64,000 nucleotides of DNA from contig DEJG01000019.1 in the NCBI GenBank assembly GCA_002353295.1, positions 104,977 to 168,976 of the forward strand, in the 5' to 3' direction. The notes below the pieces were generated by a model. It ran no database searches and was not told the DNA's origin. It saw only the letters and a program-made list of their open reading frames with translations. Positions 30,134-39,067 of the stretch are shown piece by piece (the first letter of the stretch is position 1; each line of letters begins with the position of its first letter). Source of the stretch: Prevotella sp. UBA2754 (GTDB lineage Bacteria > Bacteroidota > Bacteroidia > Bacteroidales > Bacteroidaceae). The position numbers were made by a program, and so were the translations under genes.

Positions 30134-32005
30134 ATGCATCGAATTATCCTTATTCTCTTGGCTTTGTCGTTGACAGCCTCTGTCATGGGTGCTGACGAAT
30201 CTCTGATTCGAGAGGCAGACCAGCGTCGTAATCGTATAAGTAATCTGTATAACTACGATAAGAACGACTCACTCATCATGTTAGTTCCGGAGGACCTTGC
30301 CTTCTTTAAAGGGCATGGCTTGTGGAACTACTATTATGATACGTGGTTATTGCTGGTGAACACCTATGTGTTCAGTGGAAAGGTCAATACGGGGTTGCAA
30401 GAGGTAAAGCGGATGCATCAGGATGCCACAGACCGTGATGATAAATACGGACTCGCCCTTGCCGACTATGCAATGGGTATTGCCTATCTGAACATGGGAT
30501 ATACGGACGAGGCTATCGCCAGTTATCGGCAGAGCCTGAGACTTATCAAGGAACTGAATGAGTCTCCGTCATGTACCAGTGATATCTTCTCTTACTATTG
30601 TGATGCTTTGGTAGATAAGAAAAGCTATGAGGAGATGAAGGTGGTCACTAAGCAATGGAAAAAGTATCTGATGGATGAAGAAAACAAGAGAAATAGGGGT
30701 GATGCATCGAGTTACAAAGTATGGTATGCCTACTATTTTCTCTCCTGTTCCGAGATGCACCTGGGTCTGGAAATGCTGGATGAGGCGGAGCAGGATATCA
30801 AGGAGGTGGAGAAACGCTCTGACGGAAGTGGCGACTTCATTCCGATGGCGGTACTGCATGCCTATGCCCAGCTTTACCTGCAGCGTAAGGATTATGCTAA
30901 GGCGTATGACTATAGTACCCGTTATTACAATCAGATAATGAACCATGGAGATATCTCTTCTATCATCATAGCCCAGGAACAGCGTGCGGAAATTTTTCAG
31001 GGAATGGGGCGTTATGAGGAAGCAGCGCAGATGTATAAGAGTGTGTATGTGGGAACGGACTCACTATATAAGAGAGATGCCCGTACACAGATTAATGAAT
31101 TGAACACGCTGTTTCGCGTCAGTGAGATGGAGATGGAGCACCAGCTGGAGCGCAGCAGAACATTCCTGTTCACTGCCATTGTCATTGCGATAGCCCTTGC
31201 CCTGCTGGTAGGCTATTGGTATTGGATGAACCATCGTCTCCGCAGGAAGAATGTAGAACTGGCTGCGATGGGCAAGGCCTTGGAAGAGAAAAATGAGGAA
31301 TTGAGTATCGCTCTTGACCGTGCTGGTGAGGCTGACCGTATGAAGACGGATTTTATCCAGAATATGTCTCATGAGATACGAACCCCGTTGAATATCCTCT
31401 CTGGTTTCTCCCAGATGATGGCGAATCCGGACGCCGATCTTCCGGAAGAGGTGAGGAAGGAGGCGAGTATGCAGATTCAGGAGAATACAAACCGCATCAC
31501 AGAGCTCATCAATAAGTTATTGACGCTTTCAGAGACCAGTAGTCGTACGCATATCGACCGGACAGATATTGTCAGTGTCAATCAGCTATGTGCTAACGCC
31601 ATCACCCATAGTGGTATTTCAGAGAAAAGTGACTATCACTTTGATTTTATCACGAGTGTTGATGATACGTTGATGATAAAAACATCTGAGCAGAACGTGG
31701 TGCTTGCACTTTCTCATTTGCTTGACAATGCTGTGAAGTTCACGCCGGCAGGTGGTTCCATTCGTATGTCTTGTGTCCTAGAGGGTGTTTTTGTAAAGAT
31801 GGTAGTGGAGGATACAGGTTGTGGCGTTCCCTCTGATAAAGCAGAGGAGATCTTCGGTGAGTTCGTCCAGTTGGATGAGTTCAAGGACGGTGTGGGTATA
31901 GGACTTTCTTTGAGTCGTAATGTGGCTCGCCGCCTCGGTGGTGACATTACCCTCGATACCCGTTACACGGAGGGTGCCCGTTTTGTCTTCACATTACCTG
32001 TTTAA
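30134..32005 (+). CDS. Sensor histidine kinase with TPR-like periplasmic domain
   Basis: Signal peptide, TM, FIQNMSHEIRTPLN, DNAVKF, DTGCGV, GIGLSL. Confidence 0.9.
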   Translation: MHRIILILLALSLTASVMGADESLIREADQRRNRISNLYNYDKNDSLIMLVPEDLAFFKGHGLWNYYYDTWLLLVNTYVFSGKVNTGLQEVKRMHQDATDRDDKYGLALADYAMGIAYLNMGYTDEAIASYRQSLRLIKELNESPSCTSDIFSYYCDALVDKKSYEEMKVVTKQWKKYLMDEENKRNRGDASSYKVWYAYYFLSCSEMHLGLEMLDEAEQDIKEVEKRSDGSGDFIPMAVLHAYAQLYLQRKDYAKAYDYSTRYYNQIMNHGDISSIIIAQEQRAEIFQGMGRYEEAAQMYKSVYVGTDSLYKRDARTQINELNTLFRVSEMEMEHQLERSRTFLFTAIVIAIALALLVGYWYWMNHRLRRKNVELAAMGKALEEKNEELSIALDRAGEADRMKTDFIQNMSHEIRTPLNILSGFSQMMANPDADLPEEVRKEASMQIQENTNRITELINKLLTLSETSSRTHIDRTDIVSVNQLCANAITHSGISEKSDYHFDFITSVDDTLMIKTSEQNVVLALSHLLDNAVKFTPAGGSIRMSCVLEGVFVKMVVEDTGCGVPSDKAEEIFGEFVQLDEFKDGVGIGLSLSRNVARRLGGDITLDTRYTEGARFVFTLPV

Positions 32006-32012
32006 TCAAAAT

Positions 32013-32048
32013 AATAAAGGGATGCACTACTAAGTGTATCCCTTTATT
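32013..32048. terminator. Bidirectional intrinsic terminator
   Basis: AATAAAGGGATGCACT-ACTA-AGTGTATCCCTTTATT between convergent genes. Confidence 0.85.
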
Positions 32049-32053
32049 GTATT

Positions 32054-33577
32054 TTATTGGTAGCATTCGAAGATGTTGTCTACTTTCTTTTGCTCCATCT
32101 TTTTAGTAAGCAGACTTACTAACCATACCACGGGGAATCCGCCTACCATGGCGATAGCACCGCAGTTAATAGGATTGATGGGATTACCCAGCAGCATGTT
32201 GACAACGGTGATGCCCACGCCCCAGATGAAGCAAGCCCATACACTTGCCGTGGTAACCCCACGCCAGTAGAGTCCTAGCATGAAGGGGGCGAGGAAGGCA
32301 CCGGCAAGAGCACCCCATGAGATACCCATCAGTTGGGCGATGAAGGTGGGAGGATTGAGTGCTATCATAAGCGATATAACGATGAAGAATACGATCAACA
32401 CACGCATTACTACTACCTTACGGCGTTCTATTCGCTCAGCCACGACATCATCGATGGTTCCTTCCTCCACCTCACCGGGAGCCGCTTTCTTGTCACGGTA
32501 GATGAGGTCGAGGGTCATCGTACTGGACGAGGTGAGCACCAGAGAGGCAAGGGTCGACATGGAGGCGGAGAGCACCAGTAATACCACCAGTGCGATAATC
32601 ACGTCGGGTAATGTCACCAGCATAGAGGGGACGATAGAGTCGAATGCCAGTTTCCCATTAGGCAAAACGGGAGGCATGCCGAACAAGCGACCGAAGCCAC
32701 CGAGGAAGTAACAGCCACCAGCTACGATAAACGCAAAAATGGTAGAGATGATGGTGCCGCGCTTGATGGCACTTTCATCGGTGATGGAATAGAACTTACC
32801 CACCATCTGTGGAAGTCCCCATGTGCCAAGGGAGGTGAGAATGACGACACCCAGCAGGTTCCAAGGGTCAGGACCGAACCAGTCGGCGAAGCCACCATTC
32901 ACAGAAGGGTTGCTGTCTGAAGGCAGTACAGCCATTTTCTCTACGGCAGCCGTCAGTCCACCCTGTGTGTTCAGCACGGCAGCGATGACGATGACAATAC
33001 CGAAGAGCATGATGACACCTTGTATGAAGTCGTTCATCGCCGTTGCCTTATAACCTCCGAGGATGACATAGACAGCAGTGAGGATAGCCATGATTACCAC
33101 GCAATACTCGTATGGAATACCAAACCCCATCTCGAAGAGAGTGGAGATGCCTTTATAGACACCTGCGGTATAAGGAATCAGGAAGACGAAAGCGATGACG
33201 GAAGCCACTACGCGCAGTCCCTGACTGTCAAAACGTGTTCCGAAGAAGTCTGGCATGGTACGGCTCTCAATATGCTGTGTCATCAGTTTCGTGCGACGAC
33301 CTAGCAGAATCCAAGCCAGCAAGGAGCCGATGACGGCATTGCCTATGCCAATCCATGTCGCCGACATACCATATTTCCAGCCAAATTGTCCGGCGTAGCC
33401 CACGAAGACCACTGCGGAGAAATAACTCGTGCCATACGCAAAGGCTGTCAACCAAGGGCCTACGGCACGACCGCCCAGAACGAAACCATCCACACTGCTT
33501 GCCTGTTTGCGAGAGTAGACACCCACACCTATCATCACGGCAAAGAAGATGATAGTCAAAAGTATTTTGATAATCAT
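32054..33577 (-). CDS. Sodium:solute symporter (SSS) family transporter
   Basis: About 13 TM helices; FVLGGRAVGPWLTAFAYGTSYFS, TMPDFFGTRF, LSASMST. Confidence 0.9.
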   Translation of the reverse strand: MIIKILLTIIFFAVMIGVGVYSRKQASSVDGFVLGGRAVGPWLTAFAYGTSYFSAVVFVGYAGQFGWKYGMSATWIGIGNAVIGSLLAWILLGRRTKLMTQHIESRTMPDFFGTRFDSQGLRVVASVIAFVFLIPYTAGVYKGISTLFEMGFGIPYEYCVVIMAILTAVYVILGGYKATAMNDFIQGVIMLFGIVIVIAAVLNTQGGLTAAVEKMAVLPSDSNPSVNGGFADWFGPDPWNLLGVVILTSLGTWGLPQMVGKFYSITDESAIKRGTIISTIFAFIVAGGCYFLGGFGRLFGMPPVLPNGKLAFDSIVPSMLVTLPDVIIALVVLLVLSASMSTLASLVLTSSSTMTLDLIYRDKKAAPGEVEEGTIDDVVAERIERRKVVVMRVLIVFFIVISLMIALNPPTFIAQLMGISWGALAGAFLAPFMLGLYWRGVTTASVWACFIWGVGITVVNMLLGNPINPINCGAIAMVGGFPVVWLVSLLTKKMEQKKVDNIFECYQ

Positions 33578-34674
33578 AATGATTTGTTATTTTTCTTTTT
33601 GGAATAATCAAGTCTAACCTGCATTTGTGCCATAATTTGGTTACAAGCACCATGCGTGAATGCGCCGTTGGTAATATAGGCGCTCTTATATACATATTGT
33701 ACTTGGAAACGGCATTTCTTAAAGAACCAATACTGTAAACCTGCAATTACCTTGTGTTGGTCCATTCCAAGTGATGTGTTGAAATTAAAGAAATCGTAGG
33801 AACCTACGAACTCCAATCCCTTATAGAGTGGAATAGAACCAGTCAGATAACCGCCACGGCTGGTGGCTGCTCCGTCTTTACCTTCCAGGTATTCACCATG
33901 AAGATTAAAACGTTTCGATTTATAATCGAATCCCACAGTCCAGCGGTTACGCTTGTAATCATCTCCTGCTTTGATGTCTGGATTGTATAGCGAATTGGCA
34001 ATTGCGTGTCCGCGTCCAAGTTGACCGGTTGCCACTAAGTTAAGTCCCTTCATAGGCCGATATTCTAGTCGGGCTATAAAGTCTTTCTCCTTGTTGCCGT
34101 CTTTTTTATTAATACCTTGTCCGTTCATGACTTGAGCCTCATAGCGGAATTTTCCGTCGTTGGTCTCACCGAAGATAGAGAGACCTAAATCACGTCCGTA
34201 CTGTACTCCCATCAGCGGATCGCTGCCGCATCCTGTCAGATAGGTTACACCTTCTGAATAGACGTCAATCGCTTCCATAGCTGTTGGGGAGAGAGGGTTT
34301 TCGAGCGATACGCCGTTCTTAAATTGTCCAAGGCGAACGGTCAAGACCTTATTGTTGGTAAACCGATAGTCGGTGTAATACTCTTGTACGACGCTCGAAA
34401 AATCGTGCATAAACAAAAACGACCATCTGTCTGTTATTTGGGCATTAGCCCAGAAAAGAATTCGTTTGAGCTCAAAGGTTCCTTTGTCTTCACCATTCTG
34501 ATGAGTGTAGTTGAAGCCACCTTGTGCATATCCATGCAATTCAATACGTTCGGAGGCATCCTTCAACCAGTCAATGACATCCTTCTGCTCATTACGTTGT
34601 CCCATGGCCGCAGTACTGCTGAAAGCAGCCAAAGCTACGGCTAATAAAGCCTCTTTAAAAAATTGTTTTCTCAT
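33574..34674 (-). CDS. OprO/OprP-like porin
   Basis: Signal peptide, amphipathic beta strands, VRLGQFK, GRDLG, DFFNFN; 4-bp overlap with the symporter gene. Confidence 0.75.
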   Translation of the reverse strand: MRKQFFKEALLAVALAAFSSTAAMGQRNEQKDVIDWLKDASERIELHGYAQGGFNYTHQNGEDKGTFELKRILFWANAQITDRWSFLFMHDFSSVVQEYYTDYRFTNNKVLTVRLGQFKNGVSLENPLSPTAMEAIDVYSEGVTYLTGCGSDPLMGVQYGRDLGLSIFGETNDGKFRYEAQVMNGQGINKKDGNKEKDFIARLEYRPMKGLNLVATGQLGRGHAIANSLYNPDIKAGDDYKRNRWTVGFDYKSKRFNLHGEYLEGKDGAATSRGGYLTGSIPLYKGLEFVGSYDFFNFNTSLGMDQHKVIAGLQYWFFKKCRFQVQYVYKSAYITNGAFTHGACNQIMAQMQVRLDYSKKKNNKSL

Positions 34675-34717
34675 TTTAGTTTAATTTTTAATTGGTAAAT
34701 ATTCGATAAATCGATGT

Positions 34718-35449
34718 TTATTTGTATTTCCTGATTCGTACGTCAATGCCACTGCCTGCCAGCAACATCGTTACCTTACGGATTGGAGTGTCGCTATAGT
34801 GATAGGGGAACAAAACCTTTGGCTTTATTACCTTGGCGGCCTTTACCAACTGTTCGGGTGTCATGGTGTATGGTTGGTTGCAGGGTAGGAAAGCGATATC
34901 AATATCTTTCAGATTAGCCATTTCTGGGATATCTTCAGTGTCTCCTGCTACATAGATACGCAAATCTTCGATGGTGAGAATATAGCCGTTATCACGTCCT
35001 TTAGGATGGTATTTCTCACGTCCAGGTGTTGTGTTATAGGCTGGTACAGCCTCAACGGTTATTTGGTCGCATACTTCTGTTTTGTCACCATTGGCCATTG
35101 CATAGCCGCTGCCCCATTGTGCGTATACATTATTATTAGTATATATCACTGTGAAATTCCTCCGCAGTTCAGTTAGTGCCATCGAGTCGAAATGGTCAAA
35201 GTGTTCATGCGTTACGAAGATGTAGTTGGCTTTAGGCCATGAGGTAAAGTCTGTCTGTGGTTCCATACGTGTCACGGGATCGAAATAAATCACCTTCCCG
35301 TCATATTCCACCATGATACTGGCATGTTTGATGCATGTGAACTTAACTGTTTTCCCAGATGTTGTTGTAAACACATCTGTCTCATGTTGTTGTGCCCAGC
35401 ATCCAATGGTCAGGCACATGGTCAATAATATAAAGCTCAGTCTTTTCAT
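34718..35449 (-). CDS. Secreted MBL-fold metallo-hydrolase
   Basis: Signal peptide, THEHFDH (HxHxDH), AGDT, PYH. Confidence 0.88.
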   Translation of the reverse strand: MKRLSFILLTMCLTIGCWAQQHETDVFTTTSGKTVKFTCIKHASIMVEYDGKVIYFDPVTRMEPQTDFTSWPKANYIFVTHEHFDHFDSMALTELRRNFTVIYTNNNVYAQWGSGYAMANGDKTEVCDQITVEAVPAYNTTPGREKYHPKGRDNGYILTIEDLRIYVAGDTEDIPEMANLKDIDIAFLPCNQPYTMTPEQLVKAAKVIKPKVLFPYHYSDTPIRKVTMLLAGSGIDVRIRKYK

Positions 35450-35479
35450 AAGTATTCAAACGTTTTTATTATTCGGCCT

Positions 35480-35570
35480 CAAAGGTACAAATAAATCTGT
35501 AAACTGTAAACGTTTACGCAAGAAAAATAGTATAATTCGAATTATTTCATGCATTTTATTCGTACTTTTG
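35480..35570. promoter_or_regulatory. Divergent promoters with a LacI-type palindrome
   Basis: Minus TACCTTTG 35487-35480; perfect GTAAACGTTTAC 35506-35517; plus TACTTTTG 35563-35570. Confidence 0.7.
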
Positions 35571-35598
35571 CACCCAGTAAAGTAACTAAAACCAATAG

Positions 35599-35949
35599 AT
35601 GATGAGTAAATTTTTACTTTTTTGTGGAATGTGCATGTTGCCGATGATAGCAGTTGCAAATGGAACAGAACCAGAAAAAGTTCAGGCCAGCGAACTTCAA
35701 AAGATTACATTTGAAGGTGACAATGTAATTTTGCATTTCAAGGATGGTTCAAAGGCAGATTTAGTGAAGGACATGACAGAAATTGTCATCGACTTCAGTA
35801 ATCCTACGAATATTGAAACATTACGTCAGATAGAGTCTCTTAAAGGACAATCCGTTTACAATCTCCAAGGTCAGCAGATAGGCCAAGGTGTAGAAGGTTT
35901 GAAGAAGGGGCTTTATATCATTGGTGGCAAGAAGGTGATTATTAAATAA
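35599..35949 (+). CDS. Small secreted protein: signal peptide, ~45-aa beta module, T9SS-type CTD
   Basis: Tail TNIETLRQ..SVYNLQGQQI..LKKGLYIIGGKKVIIK is a typical Prevotella CTD. Confidence 0.8.
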   Translation: MMSKFLLFCGMCMLPMIAVANGTEPEKVQASELQKITFEGDNVILHFKDGSKADLVKDMTEIVIDFSNPTNIETLRQIESLKGQSVYNLQGQQIGQGVEGLKKGLYIIGGKKVIIK

Positions 35950-38861
35950 TGAGAGGAAAACACGCTATGAAAAGACTGATGTCGTTTTTTACGCTGCTTG
36001 TCCTGATGTTGGGACTGAGTCAGAGCATGAATGCACAGACATGGGAATTTGCAATACTTGATGCTAATGATGCAGAATTGATGGATAAGGATGCCAATTG
36101 GTATCACAGCAAAGAATCAAAGAAAAATCGCTATAGTTATACTAAGGCACTTGATAAAGCTGCGGTTACAGCCAATGGTCAGGAAATAGCATATACAAAG
36201 GGTTTGTTATTTTCTATTGACGCAGTTGAATCTGGCGAAGGTAATTTGCGTGCTGGCAACGACACCTCTAACAAGCGTATGTGGTTGGCTGGAAAATCAA
36301 AGATTACTATTCCTGGATTGAAAGCAGGAATGCAAATCACGGTATCTTGTATGTCCTCTAGCAAAACAGAGGCTCGTTGTATTAATACAACTAATATCAC
36401 AGCAGTTTCTGGTGACTTCGGTACAAAGAAAAAGGGTGATGGTTCTGCCTCTACTAATGTTGGTACAGTAACTGCAGATGGAGATGTTGTACTTACTATG
36501 GATGGTGCTATGTATATCTATATGATTAAAGTGGAGGATCCAAATGAGGATGTAGAAGGTGGGAATGATGGCGAAGGTGGAGAAACGACGCCAACCACTA
36601 ACGATCTTTCTACCTCAGCTAACTCTATGAAGAATCAGGCTGTGCTGAAACTCAAGGATGGTACCAACAAGTACTATAACACCGAGTCATTGCAGAGTAT
36701 TGATTTTGATGACAACAAAGTTAAGGTTGTTTATGACGCTCAGACAGCCTATACATTTGAAGATCAGGTTGCTGGTATTGGCTTTAATAAAGCAGAGAAG
36801 CAGCAGTCAGGTGAGGTGGTGAATATTGATGGCAAGGTGAAAATTACAGAGTATAACGGCTGGTTAGAGTCCGCCTATGTGAAGTTCGACTTGCTTGATG
36901 GTGCATCTTCCTATAATGTATATTATAAAGGTGGCGATATAACAACTTATAAGGCTATTGACAATAAGTTGGTACGTAACTATGGCACTTTTGGTCGTGC
37001 TGATGTGGTTGGTTTGAAGGCTGCTGCAGACTATGCTATCAAGGTTGTTCCGGTTAATGCGAACGGTACTGAATTGGTTGATAATGCTAATGAGGTGACA
37101 GGCTTGGTAGTGAAGAGCTATAGTCGCGAGGGCTTTGCCTTCATGAACGGTTTCACACCAGGTGCTTACAATTATGATGGTACATTGAAGAGTGGTGCCA
37201 AGGTACTCTATGTGACTAAGAACACTGCCAAGACTATTTCTACCACTGTGGCAGGGGCTGAGGAGAATCCCTGTGTAGGTATTCAGGCCATTATCGACGC
37301 CTATCAGAAGGGTAAGGACACTACTCCTATTGCTTTCCGTCTTATCGGTTTGATTGAAAAGGACGACCTCGATGGTATCAGTAGCTCTTCTGAGGGTATC
37401 CAGATTAAGGGTAAGAATGCTGATGCGCTGATGCCTATCACCATAGAAGGTGTCGGTGATGACGCCACGGTACGTGGCTTCGGTTTTCTGGTACGCAATT
37501 CTAAGGGCGTTGAGTTCCGTAACTTTGCTGTTATGCGCTGCATGGACGATGGAATCTCTTTGGATACAGACAACTCAAATATCTGGGTTCACCACACAGA
37601 TCAGTTCTATGGTAAGCATGGTTCTGGTGACCATGCTAAGGGTGATGGTGCAGTCGACGTGAAATCTGACTCTAAGTTTGTGACTGTTAGCTACAACCGT
37701 TTTTGGGATACTGGTAAGAGCAATATGTTCGGTATGAAGAGCGAGTCAGGTCCTAACTACATCAGTTACGACCACAACTGGTTCGACCACTCAGACTCTC
37801 GTCATCCACGTGTTCGCACGATGACAGTTCACGTATGGAACAACTACTTTGATAATGTTGCCAAGTATGGTGTTGGTGCTACCACAGGTTCTAGCGTTTT
37901 CGTAGAGAGCAATTACTTCCTGAAGACAAAGAAGCCAATCCTCAGTTCACTTCAAGGTACTGATGGAATGGGTTCCAAGGGTACTTTCTCGGGCGAGAAT
38001 GGCGGTATGATTAAAGCCTATGGAAACTATATGGATAAGTCTGCTGCTCATTTCAGCTACTATAATCAGGATAATCCTTCTGCTAAGGGCTATGATGCTT
38101 ATGAGGTAACCAATCGTAATACCACGATTCCTGAAACGGAGAAGACTTTGGTAGGTGGTACTACCTATAACAATTTTGATACCGATCCTTCTAAGATGTA
38201 CAAGTACACAGCAGTTGAAGCTGAGGATGTTCCTGCTCTCATAACTGGTTACTACGGCGCCGGTCGTATGAATCATGGTGACTTCAAGTATACTTTCAAA
38301 GATAATGTTGGTGTCGATGCAGACGACTCTGCCTATGATGAAATATTGGGTGGTAAGCTCGATAGCTATAAGTCTTCGTTCGTAGGTTTCTTTGGTGAAG
38401 ACAATTCCAGCCAAGGTGGTGACCAAGGCAACCAAGGGGATCATCAGGGAGATGACCAAGGTGGAGAGCAAGGTGGCGAAACTACTCCAGAAGGAACTAT
38501 TTTTGCAAAGTTTGATGGTGCTCCTTCTGTTAGTATGTTCAAAGTAACTGGAGAGTATGGTGATGGAAAGTCGACTTATAAAGGTACTTACGCAAAACAA
38601 GGTGCAAAACTGAATAGCAAAACTACAGTTACTTTTACTCCTGCTAAGAACTATAATATGACTTTGGTATTGTCTACCAGTAAAACGTGTCATGATGTAA
38701 AGTTGAATGGAACATTGACGACTGTTTCTGGAAAGGAATCTACTGAAGGAAAGTATTATGAAATGCAGCCTATTGCCATTTCCGCAAATACTGAATACAG
38801 GATTACTAAGGGGAGCAGTGAAGGAATACTGATGTTTATCGTCCTCGAGCCCATAGAGTAA
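35949..38861 (+). CDS. Multidomain PL1 pectate lyase with probable C-terminal CBM77-like module
   Basis: IWVHH, DGAVDVK, RHPRVR, VHVWNNYF. ATG overlaps the upstream TAA; alternative start 35967. The C-terminal ~115 aa resemble CBM77 from recall. Confidence 0.85.
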   Translation: MRGKHAMKRLMSFFTLLVLMLGLSQSMNAQTWEFAILDANDAELMDKDANWYHSKESKKNRYSYTKALDKAAVTANGQEIAYTKGLLFSIDAVESGEGNLRAGNDTSNKRMWLAGKSKITIPGLKAGMQITVSCMSSSKTEARCINTTNITAVSGDFGTKKKGDGSASTNVGTVTADGDVVLTMDGAMYIYMIKVEDPNEDVEGGNDGEGGETTPTTNDLSTSANSMKNQAVLKLKDGTNKYYNTESLQSIDFDDNKVKVVYDAQTAYTFEDQVAGIGFNKAEKQQSGEVVNIDGKVKITEYNGWLESAYVKFDLLDGASSYNVYYKGGDITTYKAIDNKLVRNYGTFGRADVVGLKAAADYAIKVVPVNANGTELVDNANEVTGLVVKSYSREGFAFMNGFTPGAYNYDGTLKSGAKVLYVTKNTAKTISTTVAGAEENPCVGIQAIIDAYQKGKDTTPIAFRLIGLIEKDDLDGISSSSEGIQIKGKNADALMPITIEGVGDDATVRGFGFLVRNSKGVEFRNFAVMRCMDDGISLDTDNSNIWVHHTDQFYGKHGSGDHAKGDGAVDVKSDSKFVTVSYNRFWDTGKSNMFGMKSESGPNYISYDHNWFDHSDSRHPRVRTMTVHVWNNYFDNVAKYGVGATTGSSVFVESNYFLKTKKPILSSLQGTDGMGSKGTFSGENGGMIKAYGNYMDKSAAHFSYYNQDNPSAKGYDAYEVTNRNTTIPETEKTLVGGTTYNNFDTDPSKMYKYTAVEAEDVPALITGYYGAGRMNHGDFKYTFKDNVGVDADDSAYDEILGGKLDSYKSSFVGFFGEDNSSQGGDQGNQGDHQGDDQGGEQGGETTPEGTIFAKFDGAPSVSMFKVTGEYGDGKSTYKGTYAKQGAKLNSKTTVTFTPAKNYNMTLVLSTSKTCHDVKLNGTLTTVSGKESTEGKYYEMQPIAISANTEYRITKGSSEGILMFIVLEPIE
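38412..38480 (+). repeat. Gly/Gln/Asp linker repeat in the pectate lyase
   Basis: QGGDQGNQGDHQGDDQGGEQGGE; GGETTP also ends the earlier acidic linker. Confidence 0.75.
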
Positions 38862-38912
38862 TGGAACGAAATACATACTAAACAACAACTACTAATTCAA
38901 ATCAAGGAGAGG

Positions 38913-38940
38913 GAGCCACGCGTGATGCGTGGCTCTTTCT
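38913..38940 (+). terminator. Intrinsic terminator
   Basis: GAGCCACGC-GTGAT-GCGTGGCTC followed by TTTCT. Confidence 0.8.
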
Positions 38941-39018
38941 GCATGTTAATGAGTCTAAATTTACGTTATAAAATTTATAAATTCAAGAATGACGAGATGA
39001 ATTTTACTAACTATTTGT

Positions 39019-39026
39019 TATCTTTG
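39019..39026 (+). promoter_or_regulatory. -7 box of the FHA/kinase operon
   Basis: TATCTTTG about 40 nt upstream of the ATG at 39068. Confidence 0.65.
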
Positions 39027-39067
39027 TCTGACATAAATATAGATTAAATAACCAATAATTGAAAAAT

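Noticed and set aside
33908-33915. AAACGTTT core inside the porin gene
   Set aside because: Its flanks do not match the operator and it lies in coding sequence.
37947-38888. 313-aa minus-strand hydrophobic ORF
   Set aside because: Antisense shadow of the biased-codon lyase linker and CBM region.
38966-38980. TTATAAA-A-TTTATAA palindrome upstream of the kinase operon promoter
   Set aside because: Pure A/T and expected by chance in an AT-rich gap; no second copy was seen.
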